Shown here in pieces: positions 8,301-16,807 of a DNA stretch of 64,000 nucleotides. Source of the DNA: a virus. Lineage: Duplodnaviria; Caudoviricetes. A program made the position numbers and the translations under genes. Positions within the stretch are counted from its first letter, which is position 1, and every line of letters begins with the position of its first letter. The DNA lies in the IMG/VR virus record IMGVR_UViG_2775507097_000001, positions 29,192-93,191 of that record. The stretch is one strand, 5' to 3'. The notes beneath the pieces were generated by a model that saw only the letters and a program-made list of their open reading frames with translations, was not told where the DNA came from and ran no database searches.

Positions 8301-10612
8301 ACACCGGCGGACTGCTGCAGTGCCGTAGTGAGAGCGGAGATCCGCTGCTGGTGGGCTGCCGCGGCAGCCGCGGCTTCCTGCTGCTTCTTGGCCAGCAGGT
8401 CCAAGCCGATCATTGCGGCGCCGATTGCGACACCCCACGGCCCGCCGAGGAACCCGTACAAACCCCGGGCGGCACCCATCAGCCCGCGCCCGGCGCCCGT
8501 GCCGATCGCGGCCAGAGCGCCGCCGGCCGCCGACCGGAAACCGACCAGGCGACCGCCAGCCTCCTGGATGCCAGTAGAGGCGGTGCGGAACGAGTTGCCC
8601 ATCGCGGCGATCGTCGGGGAGCGGGCCTCGAGTGCAGCGAGCCCGGCACCCCAGCGGCCGAGCGAAACCCCGGCCCGGCTGGCAAGGATCGTCTGCGTCT
8701 GCATGGCGCCGCGCACGCCGTTGAACGACGCGACCGCCGAACGGCCGTAGCCCGCGACCGCGTTCTGCATGCCCTGGATCTGCCCACGGAACGGGCGCAT
8801 GGCGAGCATTGCCAGCACGGACAGCTGGATCGGGCCTGGCAGCCCTGCGAACGCGTGCGCGATGCCGCCCACGAGCTCGCCGACCGGGCGCAGGATTCCC
8901 GACATCTCCCCGAAGAGCCCCACGCCGACCTGGAGACGGCCTGTGAGCACACCAAGGGCACCCGCCCCCGAGGAGACGGACCCGAACATGTCGTGCAGCC
9001 CGCCGAGCAGTGGCTGGGCGGCAGCCCCGGCGTTGCCGAACGCCTGGCCGAGGGAGTGCACGGAGGTGATGGCCAGCGGCACGGAAGCAACCGCAGCCGA
9101 CGTGATCGCCGCCTTCAGTGGGGCGGCGAGACTCGACGCGGCCCGGCCGATACCGCCAGCCGCCGAGTGCAACTTCGCCTCGACGGACGGCCCGTAAATG
9201 TCCCACAGGTCACCGGCGATACGGATGCCGGACTTGATGTACGGGATGGCCTTCGAGACGCCCTGCGTCATCGACCGCGTGATTCCCTCGAGGCCCGGGG
9301 CGATGCCCAGGTAGATCTGGAGGAACGCGCTGGAGATCTGCTTGCCGAGGCCGCGCATCGCGCCGCCCAAGCCCTTGGACTCGGCGGCAGCCAGAGCCGC
9401 GGCCCCGCCCACACGACCTACCTGCACGCCGAACGTCTGGAAGGCTTCCCCGCCCTGGTGCGCGAGGGCCACCATGCCCGCGAGGGCGGGCTTGCCGAAC
9501 GCCATTGCCGCGGCGGCCGTGAACTGCTGGGTGGTGAGGTGGTGGGAGGCGTCACCGAGCTTGGTGATGACGTACTGCAGGCCCTTGAAGTTGCCCTGGC
9601 CGTCGAACGCCTCGATGCCGAGCTCGTGAAGACCCTTGGTGGCCAGCTTGGTCGGCTTGGCCATGTTGACCAGCGCCGACCGCAGGGCGGTACCGGCGGT
9701 CTCACCGATGATGCCGGACTTGCCGAGCAGGCCAACCGCAGTGGCTGTGTCCTTGATGGAAACGCCCATGGTGTGGGCGATCGGGCCCACGTACTTCATG
9801 GCGTAGTAGATGTCCATCAGCTCGCCAGAGGCACTGTTGGACGTGTTCGCAAGGACGTCCGCGACGTGGGTCGCCTCTGTGGACTTGAGGGCGAACTGGT
9901 CCATGATGTCGCCCTCGATCTTCGCCGCGGTTGCGACGTCAGTTCGAGCAGCAGCAGACAGCTGGATCGTGCCTCGAGCAGCCCTGATCGCGTCCTGCGC
10001 AGACAGGCCCGCCTTCGACAGCTCCACCATCGCGTCCGCGGCCTCAGCCGCATTCGCCGACGGCAGCTTCATGTCCGCGCCGAGGGCCTGCGCCTCACGG
10101 CCGGCCGCCGCCATCTGTCCCCCCGAGGCGCGCGTGACCTCGAGGAATTTGTTCATCGCGTCCGTGTACTCGTTGCCCGAGTGGACGATGTCGTGCAGGC
10201 CGAAGATGATCGCGCCGCCCGCCAGAAGCGCGCCGAGGTGCTTCATCGGGCCTAGGACTGATGTGATGCCGGACTGGACTGAGCCCATTCCGGTGCGCGC
10301 CGCAGCCCCCATCCGCCCGAAAGCGGGCGACGTCAGGGCGGCCTCGTTCCGCATGGCCCGCGCGCCGCGGCCTGCGGCCAGCGCCGCAGCTTCGGCCTCA
10401 CCGACACCCGCCGCGCCGCCGCGCGCACCCGCCCCCATGGCCATGAGGCCGGTGCGGGCTATCGCCCCGTCCGCGCCGAGGGCGCGAATCCCGCGCCCAG
10501 CGACAAGGGAGGCCTCGCCGAGGGCCAGCAGTTCGCCAGTGCCGGTACGCACGATGGTGCCAAAGCCCGGCATCTCGGCGATGACGCGGACGCGCACGGT
10601 ACGGTCGGCCAC
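5336..10612 (-). CDS. Tape measure protein (1758 aa)
   Basis: Very long Ala/Gly-rich helical ORF with a TP901-type TMP core (AAEAADAMVELSKAG, AGTALRS) and GPGTGTSDSIPA..SNGEYV and GEAGPEA motifs. Confidence 0.97.
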   Translation of the reverse strand: MADRTVRVRVIAEMPGFGTIVRTGTGELLALGEASLVAGRGIRALGADGAIARTGLMAMGAGARGGAAGVGEAEAAALAAGRGARAMRNEAALTSPAFGRMGAAARTGMGSVQSGITSVLGPMKHLGALLAGGAIIFGLHDIVHSGNEYTDAMNKFLEVTRASGGQMAAAGREAQALGADMKLPSANAAEAADAMVELSKAGLSAQDAIRAARGTIQLSAAARTDVATAAKIEGDIMDQFALKSTEATHVADVLANTSNSASGELMDIYYAMKYVGPIAHTMGVSIKDTATAVGLLGKSGIIGETAGTALRSALVNMAKPTKLATKGLHELGIEAFDGQGNFKGLQYVITKLGDASHHLTTQQFTAAAAMAFGKPALAGMVALAHQGGEAFQTFGVQVGRVGGAAALAAAESKGLGGAMRGLGKQISSAFLQIYLGIAPGLEGITRSMTQGVSKAIPYIKSGIRIAGDLWDIYGPSVEAKLHSAAGGIGRAASSLAAPLKAAITSAAVASVPLAITSVHSLGQAFGNAGAAAQPLLGGLHDMFGSVSSGAGALGVLTGRLQVGVGLFGEMSGILRPVGELVGGIAHAFAGLPGPIQLSVLAMLAMRPFRGQIQGMQNAVAGYGRSAVASFNGVRGAMQTQTILASRAGVSLGRWGAGLAALEARSPTIAAMGNSFRTASTGIQEAGGRLVGFRSAAGGALAAIGTGAGRGLMGAARGLYGFLGGPWGVAIGAAMIGLDLLAKKQQEAAAAAAAHQQRISALTTALQQSAGVADGSVRAAAVQTLADTKLKDGKTQLLDVMHRAGINATQLTDAYLGQGTSVDGLRKRLSAAAEENTKFVNAGRTAGKVYTPQGQVYKNAADALGSLSGEFDAARTKQKDLADAVKGSGAAALDATDPTGRLQGAIKTLGDSASDADTKARALHTALDLLSGGELDVQAAVAVMNQALLDLNGSYKDGVDHAKGYGKALLQVDGSLNTTSENGQSLWTKLQGLNEQTAGAAQATYDYARANKTDVVPALQQAEGAMEKSWKAAVRAGQKFGLTADQAKVLAMQMGFIPSSLAITMSTPGLSDTQKQLLYVQGLAGHMPKGSTIRVSALTTEAKKDIESVGFKVKTLPGGRQMEITAPTDKAAAALDALLAKKLPGKKLPVSAATSKALTDLDAVRRKVAGTKGKTVTVGALTKVAEEALSSLGFHISRTHGKQVTITLPTGGPSSAAATIQGYIDGVHGKTVSVNVVTTHTDHGTVAHEGGKYARGGLVRGYADGGAIQYMPFGGRVVGPGTGTSDSIPALVSNGEYVIKADAVRKYGTHMFDRLNAKRFAGGGLAGFTYTPTGQAVLGGPSDPKTRYDKAVDALKAAWDKLNSALKDAKKKADDLSNAEKNLSRVRHGHHTAAQLRAAQSRVDKARSAKKSADKTVSADRAGVNKADAALGVKKGAKAPTGFDLKAYETQLNKSVAATDKWRGNLAKISKRGGAEVESMLEGMGEDGYALVNSLAGASNKQFNDIVKKLQKTGDVAKATLQDFTKQLGAATTTNQQFAKDLQTLASQGFGDLASALAAQGDSNAQTLAHQAVGSKTQAAKANQAVGKAEGTLTGDDLTNSLILLSTLRGGTGRGYADLIAAGLGTDVIKALVPKMTGAIGALPAPNKDVFVRQWVSQGGKAMALGGILSRATPVLAGEAGPEAFIPLTRTARSRALLAASAAALGYHLVPASRYASNDYGTPWGGGHGDRVTNITLNGAKQTSAEQAADIARHMNFVG

Positions 10613-10649
10613 GGCAGCCCCCTATTCAGTTGTCGCGCATTGAGGCAGG

Positions 10650-11249
10650 TCAGTCGGTGGCCAGCCCGAAGGAGCGGAGGACGTCGGCGGCAGCCTGCGA
10701 GGGCGGGCCGAGCTCGCCGGTCTGGAACTGGATCTGGATGGCGGCGGACCACAGTTGTGCGAGCTGCCCGTCGGAAAGCTCGCTCCAGAAGGCCGCGAAC
10801 TCCTCGGGTGTCGCTGGCTTCGGCTCGATCAGCTGGGCCTCGACGAGCGCAGGGGCGAAGGCATCCGCGTCGAAGGCCGGTTCCTCGCTCCCGCCGCGGG
10901 CTGCCGCCTTCTCGATCTGGTCCTTGGTCGGCGGATGCTCCACCCGCAGTGCCTGGTAGGCCCGATGGGTGATGGCTTCGAGGGTGAACCGGACCCGGGA
11001 CTCTTCGGCCTGCGCTTCCAGCTCCTGGAGGCGCTTGGCGACGTCCCGGGCGGATTCTGTGCCGTTGGCTTCGTCGTGGCGTTGCGCCCGCTCGAGGAGC
11101 TGCTCGAGGGCGTCGATCTCCGACGCGGCCTCAGCGTTCATGACGAGTTCGACGATGTGCCGTGGCCGCTGGATCTTCGCCCGGATGTCAGCGAACGTCA
11201 GCGCTGGCTTCGCAGCCCGGCGCGCGGGCGGCTTCCTGCTCGTAGTCAT
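10650..11249 (-). CDS. Tail assembly chaperone, second paralog
   Basis: Shares F.(F/L).A..HRAY..L...HP and D...F.PA motifs with 12005..12481. Confidence 0.75.
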   Translation of the reverse strand: MTTSRKPPARRAAKPALTFADIRAKIQRPRHIVELVMNAEAASEIDALEQLLERAQRHDEANGTESARDVAKRLQELEAQAEESRVRFTLEAITHRAYQALRVEHPPTKDQIEKAAARGGSEEPAFDADAFAPALVEAQLIEPKPATPEEFAAFWSELSDGQLAQLWSAAIQIQFQTGELGPPSQAAADVLRSFGLATD

Positions 11250-11274
11250 TGGATTCCCTGTCCTTGACGTGCTG

Positions 11275-11652
11275 TTACATGGCCTGGTGGACGGCGATTT
11301 CGATGCCGGTGACCAGGTCTTCGGCGTTCGCGTCGAGCGCGGGGCCGAGGTGTGGGAGGGGGGCGTTCTTCGAGGTGCCGTACTCGATGATGTTGCCGAG
11401 CGGCCCCTGCGCCATGCCCTTGTCGGGGCCGATCTCGCCCTCGACGCCTTCGGCGGTGACCTTGACGTCGTAGGTGATCGAATACGGGTAGGCGGGCAAG
11501 TACTTGTGGCCCTTGATCCGGTTGCGGGCGTCGTCCCGGACCTTCTGCGAGGTGACCTTCACGGCCTTCCCCGCGTTCACCCGCAGCCGCTCAGCGAAAG
11601 TGCCCAGGTCGTCCACCACCACGGTGAGGCCAATCACGTCGATTCCCGCCAT
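11275..11652 (-). CDS. HK97 gp10-like tail/neck protein
   Basis: MAGIDVIGL start; IIEYGT...P.PHLGPA motif. Confidence 0.8.
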   Translation of the reverse strand: MAGIDVIGLTVVVDDLGTFAERLRVNAGKAVKVTSQKVRDDARNRIKGHKYLPAYPYSITYDVKVTAEGVEGEIGPDKGMAQGPLGNIIEYGTSKNAPLPHLGPALDANAEDLVTGIEIAVHQAM

Positions 11653-12011
11653 CACTGCTCCCTCCGGAACACGCTGACCTTCAGCCCCTCGGTTTTGCCG
11701 CCGTCTTCCTGGTGTGCGGCCACCCGGCGGGCGCCGGCGAGGCAGGCGTGGCATTTCGTGATCGACGCGTCGTAGGCGAACTCGGCCTCGGCCTGCGTGG
11801 TCTCGGACAGCAAATGGCCACAGTCTCCGCACAGCCCCGATTCGGCCTCCATCAGGGCCATTGCCCACCAGCGGTCCTCCGGCAGCCATAGCGGCTCACC
11901 GGGGGCAGGCTGCGGGCGGCCGAGGAGGATGCTGCGCGGAATGCCCCAAGCCCGCGCCGCTTCAACTTCCCGCCGGTACGGGAGGCGGTGATCCCGCAGG
12001 CGGGCTACGAG
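11652..12011 (-). CDS. Frameshift extension (gpT-like) of the tail assembly chaperone
   Basis: Open -1 frame with no proper start, W..EDR..A.A and CxxC...CxxC motifs; entered through the slippery site at 12011-12017. Confidence 0.75.
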   Translation of the reverse strand, partial: LVARLRDHRLPYRREVEAARAWGIPRSILLGRPQPAPGEPLWLPEDRWWAMALMEAESGLCGDCGHLLSETTQAEAEFAYDASITKCHACLAGARRVAAHQEDGGKTEGLKVSVFRREQ

Positions 12012-12481
12012 AAAGGGATCGGCGACGGCTCCTCGTTCACCGCGAGCGCCGTCGCGAAGAGCATCCTGGCGGTGCCGTCGTTGACTACGTCCAGCAGCCT
12101 GTCGACCTGCGCCGGCGTCAGCGACGGCTCGACACAGCAGGCAGCGAGAACCGCGGGCAGGAACGTGCCCGCGTCGTAGGGCTCCTTCGAGTCCTTCGGC
12201 GCCGGATGAGCGGCGAGCAGGTTGCTGTAGGCGCGGTGCCCGAGCGCCCGAAACCGGAACTCGACCGCCGTCTCCCGCACCCGCTCCCGGGCCGCAGCAA
12301 TGCGCTCCTGAAGCTCGAACGCCGGGTTCGTCTCGCCGAGCGACGTCGGCTGCCACTCCCCCAGCTGTCCCAGCTCCGCCTCCAACGCCTCCAACTCGGC
12401 GCCCGCGTCGCCCGCAAGGCACACCGGAACGGTGACCTCGCGAGGCGACGCCCCTGCCAAAAGCTCCGAGATGTCCGGCAT
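12005..12481 (-). CDS. Tail assembly chaperone (gpG-like)
   Basis: Directly after the major tail gene; ends PIPFS-stop across a CCCTTTC heptamer. Confidence 0.85.
   Translation of the reverse strand: MPDISELLAGASPREVTVPVCLAGDAGAELEALEAELGQLGEWQPTSLGETNPAFELQERIAAARERVRETAVEFRFRALGHRAYSNLLAAHPAPKDSKEPYDAGTFLPAVLAACCVEPSLTPAQVDRLLDVVNDGTARMLFATALAVNEEPSPIPFS
12011..12017 (-). promoter_or_regulatory. Programmed -1 ribosomal frameshift site C CCT TTC
   Basis: X XXY YYZ heptamer in the correct phase, one sense codon before the gpG stop; the -1 frame stays open to 11652. Confidence 0.8.
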
Positions 12482-12960
12482 CAGGCGACGACAGCCCGCG
12501 TCGCCGGGTCCGACGTGACCTTCAGCGGCGCCATGAACTTCGAGACCTCGTTGGCCGCCGGGGCGATGTTCTGCGCCTCGCCCGCCGCGACCGGGTACAC
12601 CTCGACCTTGTCGCCGGTGGCGAACGCGGTGGCGTAGGCCACGCCGCGGCGCACGATGACGAAGCCAGTCGCGCCATACGTCAGCGTGGTGTACGGCTGG
12701 TCCTCGGTCGGGGTCGAGCCCCGCTTGAACGTCAGCTCGACCGTGTAGGAGCGGCGGCCGGGCTGGTTGGTGGTGAACGTGCTGGCCAGCGACGACGTGT
12801 CGACGTCCGCCGTCGCCGGGTCGGCCTTGAGGCCGTCCGGGGTCAGCCGGGTCGTCCAGTCGTTCGCGGCGGTCAGCTCCGCGACCGTCGGTGCGCTCAG
12901 GTTCGCGATGCTGGTCGCGAACGCGACCTTCGTGTTGCCATCGCTGATCAGGTCAGACAT
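12481..12960 (-). CDS. Major tail (tube) protein
   Basis: APTVAEL, GDKVEVYPV motifs; 159 aa; strong RBS GAGGAGG. Confidence 0.9.
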   Translation of the reverse strand: MSDLISDGNTKVAFATSIANLSAPTVAELTAANDWTTRLTPDGLKADPATADVDTSSLASTFTTNQPGRRSYTVELTFKRGSTPTEDQPYTTLTYGATGFVIVRRGVAYATAFATGDKVEVYPVAAGEAQNIAPAANEVSKFMAPLKVTSDPATRAVVA

Positions 12961-12963
12961 GAA

Positions 12964-13008
12964 CCCTCCTCGGGGGCATGAAAAAAGCCCCGGTCAGCGG
13001 GGCGGGGC
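12964..13008 (-). terminator. Intrinsic terminator just upstream of the major tail RBS
   Basis: GCCCCG...CGGGGC-TTTTTT-CATGCCCCCGAGGAGGG on the minus strand. Confidence 0.7.
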
Positions 13009-13028
13009 GAGACTGGGGGCGGGCAGGG

Positions 13029-13361
13029 TCAGATGCGCAGCGCGGCGACGGTCACCGACGTGACGGCCGAGTAGCCGACGCTGGCCTGCTGGTTGATGTC
13101 CGCGTGCAAGGACGAGTCGATGGGGCCGATGAACTTGTCGGTCGCGTTCGCGACGGTGACGATCCGATCCGGCAACGTCAGCCCCTTGACCTGGTTGGAC
13201 TGCGTCGTGATGGTCACGGTGACCGGGCTGGCCCCGCCGTTCTTCACGTGCAGGAAGATGTTGGACGCGCCGAGCGGGATCTTGTCGCCGCCGCCCGCGG
13301 CCGTCGAGTAGGTCGCGGCCAGACCAGCCGCGGTGATCGACTGAAGGCTGAGAACTGCCAT
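13029..13361 (-). CDS. Virion structural protein (hypothetical)
   Basis: 110-aa beta-rich protein (FLHVKNG..SPVTVT) in the head-tail cluster, good RBS. Confidence 0.75.
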   Translation of the reverse strand: MAVLSLQSITAAGLAATYSTAAGGGDKIPLGASNIFLHVKNGGASPVTVTITTQSNQVKGLTLPDRIVTVANATDKFIGPIDSSLHADINQQASVGYSAVTSVTVAALRI

Positions 13362-13371
13362 GGTGATCTCC

Positions 13372-13782
13372 TCACTGAGGGATTGAGCGCAGCCGGTACC
13401 GGGCTACGGCGTAGTAGTTGGGGGGTGTTACGTCGTCGTCCCTTTGCACCGGCTGACCGTCGAGGAACTCCGGCCGCCAGGACACGCGCCCAGCGACCGT
13501 GATTCTCGCCGCGAGAGCCGCCATGGCCCGGTCCGAAACAGATGCCGCCTGCTCGGCGGTGAGCCCAACACAGGTGAGCTGGACCTCGCCGACGAAGTCG
13601 ACAAGGTCATCAGCGAGTGATGCCGCCACCGCACGCCCCGGAGTCGGGTAGAGCACCGTGTACGGCTGGGTGGCCGTCGGTACGACGCCCGGGGGCGCCC
13701 CACCGAAGTAGACGGTCAGATCGGCCCCGGTGAGAGCTGCGGTGACCGCATCGACGTGAGGAAGAACAGCGGGAGTCGTCAC
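13372..13782 (-). CDS. Tail terminator / tail completion protein
   Basis: PY.VLYP, QLTCVG...EQA and RDDDV.PP motifs; gene order. Confidence 0.8.
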   Translation of the reverse strand: MTTPAVLPHVDAVTAALTGADLTVYFGGAPPGVVPTATQPYTVLYPTPGRAVAASLADDLVDFVGEVQLTCVGLTAEQAASVSDRAMAALAARITVAGRVSWRPEFLDGQPVQRDDDVTPPNYYAVARYRLRSIPQ

Positions 13783-13795
13783 GGGCGGCCTCCCG

Positions 13796-14203
13796 TCACG
13801 TGGCGCCTTCGACGGTGATCCGCCATGCGGTCGCCGTGCTGCTGAAATCGACGGCCATCACCGCGAACGGCTGGTCGACGAGCCGGGTATCACCGGACGC
13901 CGTGATGACGACCGCGTCCCCGACCCGCAGGTTGTCCGTGGCAAGCGACGCGAACGGCAACGCCAGCTCGTAGCGGGCCACGATCGTCAGCCGCTCCCCC
14001 GCCTCCTCGTTGCGAGGAACCCGCTGGGGCTTCAGGCGGCACGCACCCGAATACAGGACCGTCGGCGTCCCCGGTGTGAGGACGCTCGTAGGGCGGTCCA
14101 GGGTCGACGCCCCGGGCCGGCTGATCGTGCAGGTGTCCACCAGCAGCTGATCGTGTGCGGCGCGGCCCGCCGCCAGCAGCGGCTGAATGTCGATTGCCGT
14201 CAT
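13796..14203 (-). CDS. Head-to-tail stopper (DUF6093-like)
   Basis: GRAAH...DTC.I.R, LYSGACR motifs; ATG overlaps the upstream stop. Confidence 0.8.
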   Translation of the reverse strand: MTAIDIQPLLAAGRAAHDQLLVDTCTISRPGASTLDRPTSVLTPGTPTVLYSGACRLKPQRVPRNEEAGERLTIVARYELALPFASLATDNLRVGDAVVITASGDTRLVDQPFAVMAVDFSSTATAWRITVEGAT

Positions 14204-14832
14204 CACGTCACCGGTGCCACAGAGAACGACCGTCCGCGGTACACGCGCAGGGCCTCTTTGTGGTCCGCGGTCAGCAGGGCCCCGCCGATGGTCTCGGAGG
14301 CAAACGTCCGCTGATAGTCGTCGATCGACTCCGACCGCAGGCCCTGCGGGTTGGTCATGTTCATCTGCGCCAGATCCAGCACCACGTCGACGACGTCGTC
14401 CGGGACCTCGGCGTAGCCGTGGCTGTAGGTGACCCGGACCCGCTGGGCCCAGATCCCCTGAGGCCGCATGAACGGCCAGCCCATCAGCCGGGTCGGCGCC
14501 CACCACGCCTCGCCGCGGGTCAGCTCGGAGCCGATCCGGGTGAAGTCGCGGCCCTCGATGGCCGTGTACTCCTGATCGGCGATCCCGAACAGTTCCACGA
14601 CCGTCAGCGGGTGCGTGTCGTCGACGACGACGGGCCGCTGCGGCAGCCGCAGAATCCGCCCGTTCCCGGGCAGGGTGACCGTCTCGTTCTCCACCAGGGT
14701 GAACTGCTGACGACAGTACTTCCGGACCCGCGCGGAGGCCCGGCGGATCGCCATCGCCGCCTGCGCCGGATCCAACGACCGCTGCAAGGCGGCCTCGAGA
14801 TCCGCCTGCGTCGCGAGAGGGGTCGGGGACAT
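14203..14832 (-). CDS. Head-to-tail adaptor
   Basis: LAT..DL, ASA.VR.Y, VTYSHGY..VPDD and NP.GLRSESIDDY motifs. Confidence 0.85.
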   Translation of the reverse strand: MSPTPLATQADLEAALQRSLDPAQAAMAIRRASARVRKYCRQQFTLVENETVTLPGNGRILRLPQRPVVVDDTHPLTVVELFGIADQEYTAIEGRDFTRIGSELTRGEAWWAPTRLMGWPFMRPQGIWAQRVRVTYSHGYAEVPDDVVDVVLDLAQMNMTNPQGLRSESIDDYQRTFASETIGGALLTADHKEALRVYRGRSFSVAPVT

Positions 14833-14843
14833 GCGGGCCCCCT

Positions 14844-15209
14844 CTACTCCTCGGCGTCGGCCAGGGCCGTCAGCCGCTTCACCACGGTCGACCGCGGCTT
14901 GTCCTTCGCCTGCTCAGCCGCCAGGGCCTGCGCCGCACGCTCGCGGTCGCCGTCCACCCACGACATGAGGTCGTCGATCGTGCCGTCCACCGGCGGACCG
15001 TCGCCCTCTTCCTGCTGCTCGGGCTCGGCCGGGGGCTCCTTCGGCGCCTGAGGCGGCTCGGGGTCCGCCTCCAGGATCTCCACCGATCCCTCGGGAGCGT
15101 TGTCGGCGAAGTGCCGGGCCTGATCGCCCTCCAACTCCGCGTCCTTATGGAACGTGGTGACCGCATAGTTCCAGTACGCGGTGAACTCCTCGAGCACGCG
15201 CACGCGCAT
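14844..15209 (-). CDS. Hypothetical head-associated protein
   Basis: Follows the capsid gene; C-terminal GT..D...WV.GD..RA..AL.AE....PRST motif common in actinophages. Confidence 0.75.
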   Translation of the reverse strand: MRVRVLEEFTAYWNYAVTTFHKDAELEGDQARHFADNAPEGSVEILEADPEPPQAPKEPPAEPEQQEEGDGPPVDGTIDDLMSWVDGDRERAAQALAAEQAKDKPRSTVVKRLTALADAEE

Positions 15210-15230
15210 GACTCATCTCCTTCGTGAAGG

Positions 15231-15272
15231 CCCGCCGGCGCGGACGGACAGGGATGCGTCCGCGCCGACGGG
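15231..15272 (-). terminator. Long GC-rich stem-loop after the capsid gene
   Basis: CCCGCCGGCGCGGACG...CGTCCGCGCCGACGGG, near-perfect 16-bp inverted repeat. Confidence 0.65.
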
Positions 15273-15279
15273 AGCCATA

Positions 15280-16617
15280 TCAGGCGTGCTCGATGACAAC
15301 GCCGCGCTTGTACAGCGCCGCATCGCCCGTGCCCGCATCGGACGGAACACCGAAGTCACCGACCCACGACCAGGTCGAGGAGATGACCTGCTGCAGGCGG
15401 TCCTGCGCCGGACGCACCAGCAGGGTGACGTCCACGGCAGGCGCGGCCTGGATGGTGCGGATCTCGGGCACGTCCTCGACGCCGGTTCCGGCGAGGAGAC
15501 TGTTGGTGCCCTCGAACGGAGCCGCCATCAGCGCGTTCGCACCCAGCACGATCGGCCGGTGCACGAGCAGGGTGCCCGCCGAGCCGCCGTTGGCGATGGT
15601 CGGGGCCTCGAGGTTGCGGACCCAGTCGATGCCGGCGAAACGCCCGATGCTGAGGTCCCGGTAGATCGGGGAGTCGATGCGGCCCTGAAGGGCCTGCTTG
15701 AAGTCGGAGTCCGCGAACAGCTGGGCCTCGGTGTCGGGGTCGATGTGGGCGACGTAGTAGCCGCCGACGGTCGGGACCGCCATCTTCCGCAGGCGCGCCA
15801 CGGCGGCCCTGAAGTTCGCGAACGTCACCGTGTTCGACCCGGTCAGGTCGTAGGCGGAGTTGCCGGTCGCCCGGACCGAGATCGGAGCGTTCGCCGCGAC
15901 CACGTAGTCACCGGCGACGTCGACGCGGGCAGTGCCCAGGGTCAGCGTCTTGGTGCCGAGGTTCACGCCGGTCACCGTGTTGCCGGTGCCCGCGATCGAC
16001 ACGGTGAGCGGGTTGGACGCCGACACGGCGGTCGGGACACCGTTGACCATGACGGTCTCGAAGCCGTCCGTCGAATTGACGATGATCGACGTGTCCGAGG
16101 ACCCGGCCGTGGTGCACCAGGTCCGGCCGCCCGCGTAGGCCTTGAACAGCTTGTTCCGGGCCACCTGGTTGATGGTCTGACCTGCGTTGATGCCGAGGTT
16201 CTCCACGTCGGCGAGGAACTTGCTCGCGAGGGCCATCGAACTGCCCAGCATGTTGGTGTCCATCGAGTTCGCGTACTGGTCCATCGTCACGGACCACTGC
16301 TCGATGCTGTACGTGGCCGCCGACGGGTCCGACCCGGTCACCGGAGTGGTGACGGGGGCGAGCAGGCCCTTGCGGGTGAAAGTCTTGGTGTCACCCAGGC
16401 CGCCCATCCACGGCTCCGCGTCCGCGATCTGTGGGAACAGGAAGTTCGGCACCAGCGCGTCCCGGAACACGCGGTCGAGCATGCCGTTCTGCAGCATCGC
16501 CTGGATGCCAGCAGGCAGGGACGGCCGGACACCAGCGTGCCGGTCGAGTCGGAACCACGGCCGGGCCGGGCCCTTGACGGAAAGCCGCGGACGGGCCGCG
16601 GTCAGGCTGGGGGTCAT
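15280..16617 (-). CDS. Major capsid protein
   Basis: 445 aa downstream of the scaffold; HK97-like features (Y.AHIDP....QL..D, G.F.GIDW); highly biased codon usage. Confidence 0.85.
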   Translation of the reverse strand: MTPSLTAARPRLSVKGPARPWFRLDRHAGVRPSLPAGIQAMLQNGMLDRVFRDALVPNFLFPQIADAEPWMGGLGDTKTFTRKGLLAPVTTPVTGSDPSAATYSIEQWSVTMDQYANSMDTNMLGSSMALASKFLADVENLGINAGQTINQVARNKLFKAYAGGRTWCTTAGSSDTSIIVNSTDGFETVMVNGVPTAVSASNPLTVSIAGTGNTVTGVNLGTKTLTLGTARVDVAGDYVVAANAPISVRATGNSAYDLTGSNTVTFANFRAAVARLRKMAVPTVGGYYVAHIDPDTEAQLFADSDFKQALQGRIDSPIYRDLSIGRFAGIDWVRNLEAPTIANGGSAGTLLVHRPIVLGANALMAAPFEGTNSLLAGTGVEDVPEIRTIQAAPAVDVTLLVRPAQDRLQQVISSTWSWVGDFGVPSDAGTGDAALYKRGVVIEHA

Positions 16618-16618
16618 G

Positions 16619-16807
16619 TCACTCCTCAGTGATCTCTACGGACACCAGGTCCGGGTATTGCTCAGCGACCATCTGGAGGCCGAGCAGTGCGGTTTGGGCG
16701 ATGGCCGAAACGGCGGCGCAGACGCGACCCCCAGCGGCGTGCTCCTCGTGACCGGCCACCGTTATCTCGGTGCGCCCGTCGCCCAGATGGGCACGGACTT
16801 CGATCAC
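16619..16807 (-). CDS. prp: Prp-like (ribosomal-processing, DUF464) cysteine protease; candidate capsid maturation protease
   Basis: I.V.GH....(G)..VCAAVSAI.QT...GL signature with His/Cys dyad; translationally coupled between scaffold and capsid. Confidence 0.8.
   Translation of the reverse strand: MIEVRAHLGDGRTEITVAGHEEHAAGGRVCAAVSAIAQTALLGLQMVAEQYPDLVSVEITEE

Noticed and set aside
5177-10643. Long plus-strand ORFs (984 aa, 681 aa and others) opposite the tape measure, and similar antisense ORFs throughout the window
   Set aside because: Shadow ORFs caused by high GC and codon bias; the opposite strand carries recognisable, coupled phage genes.
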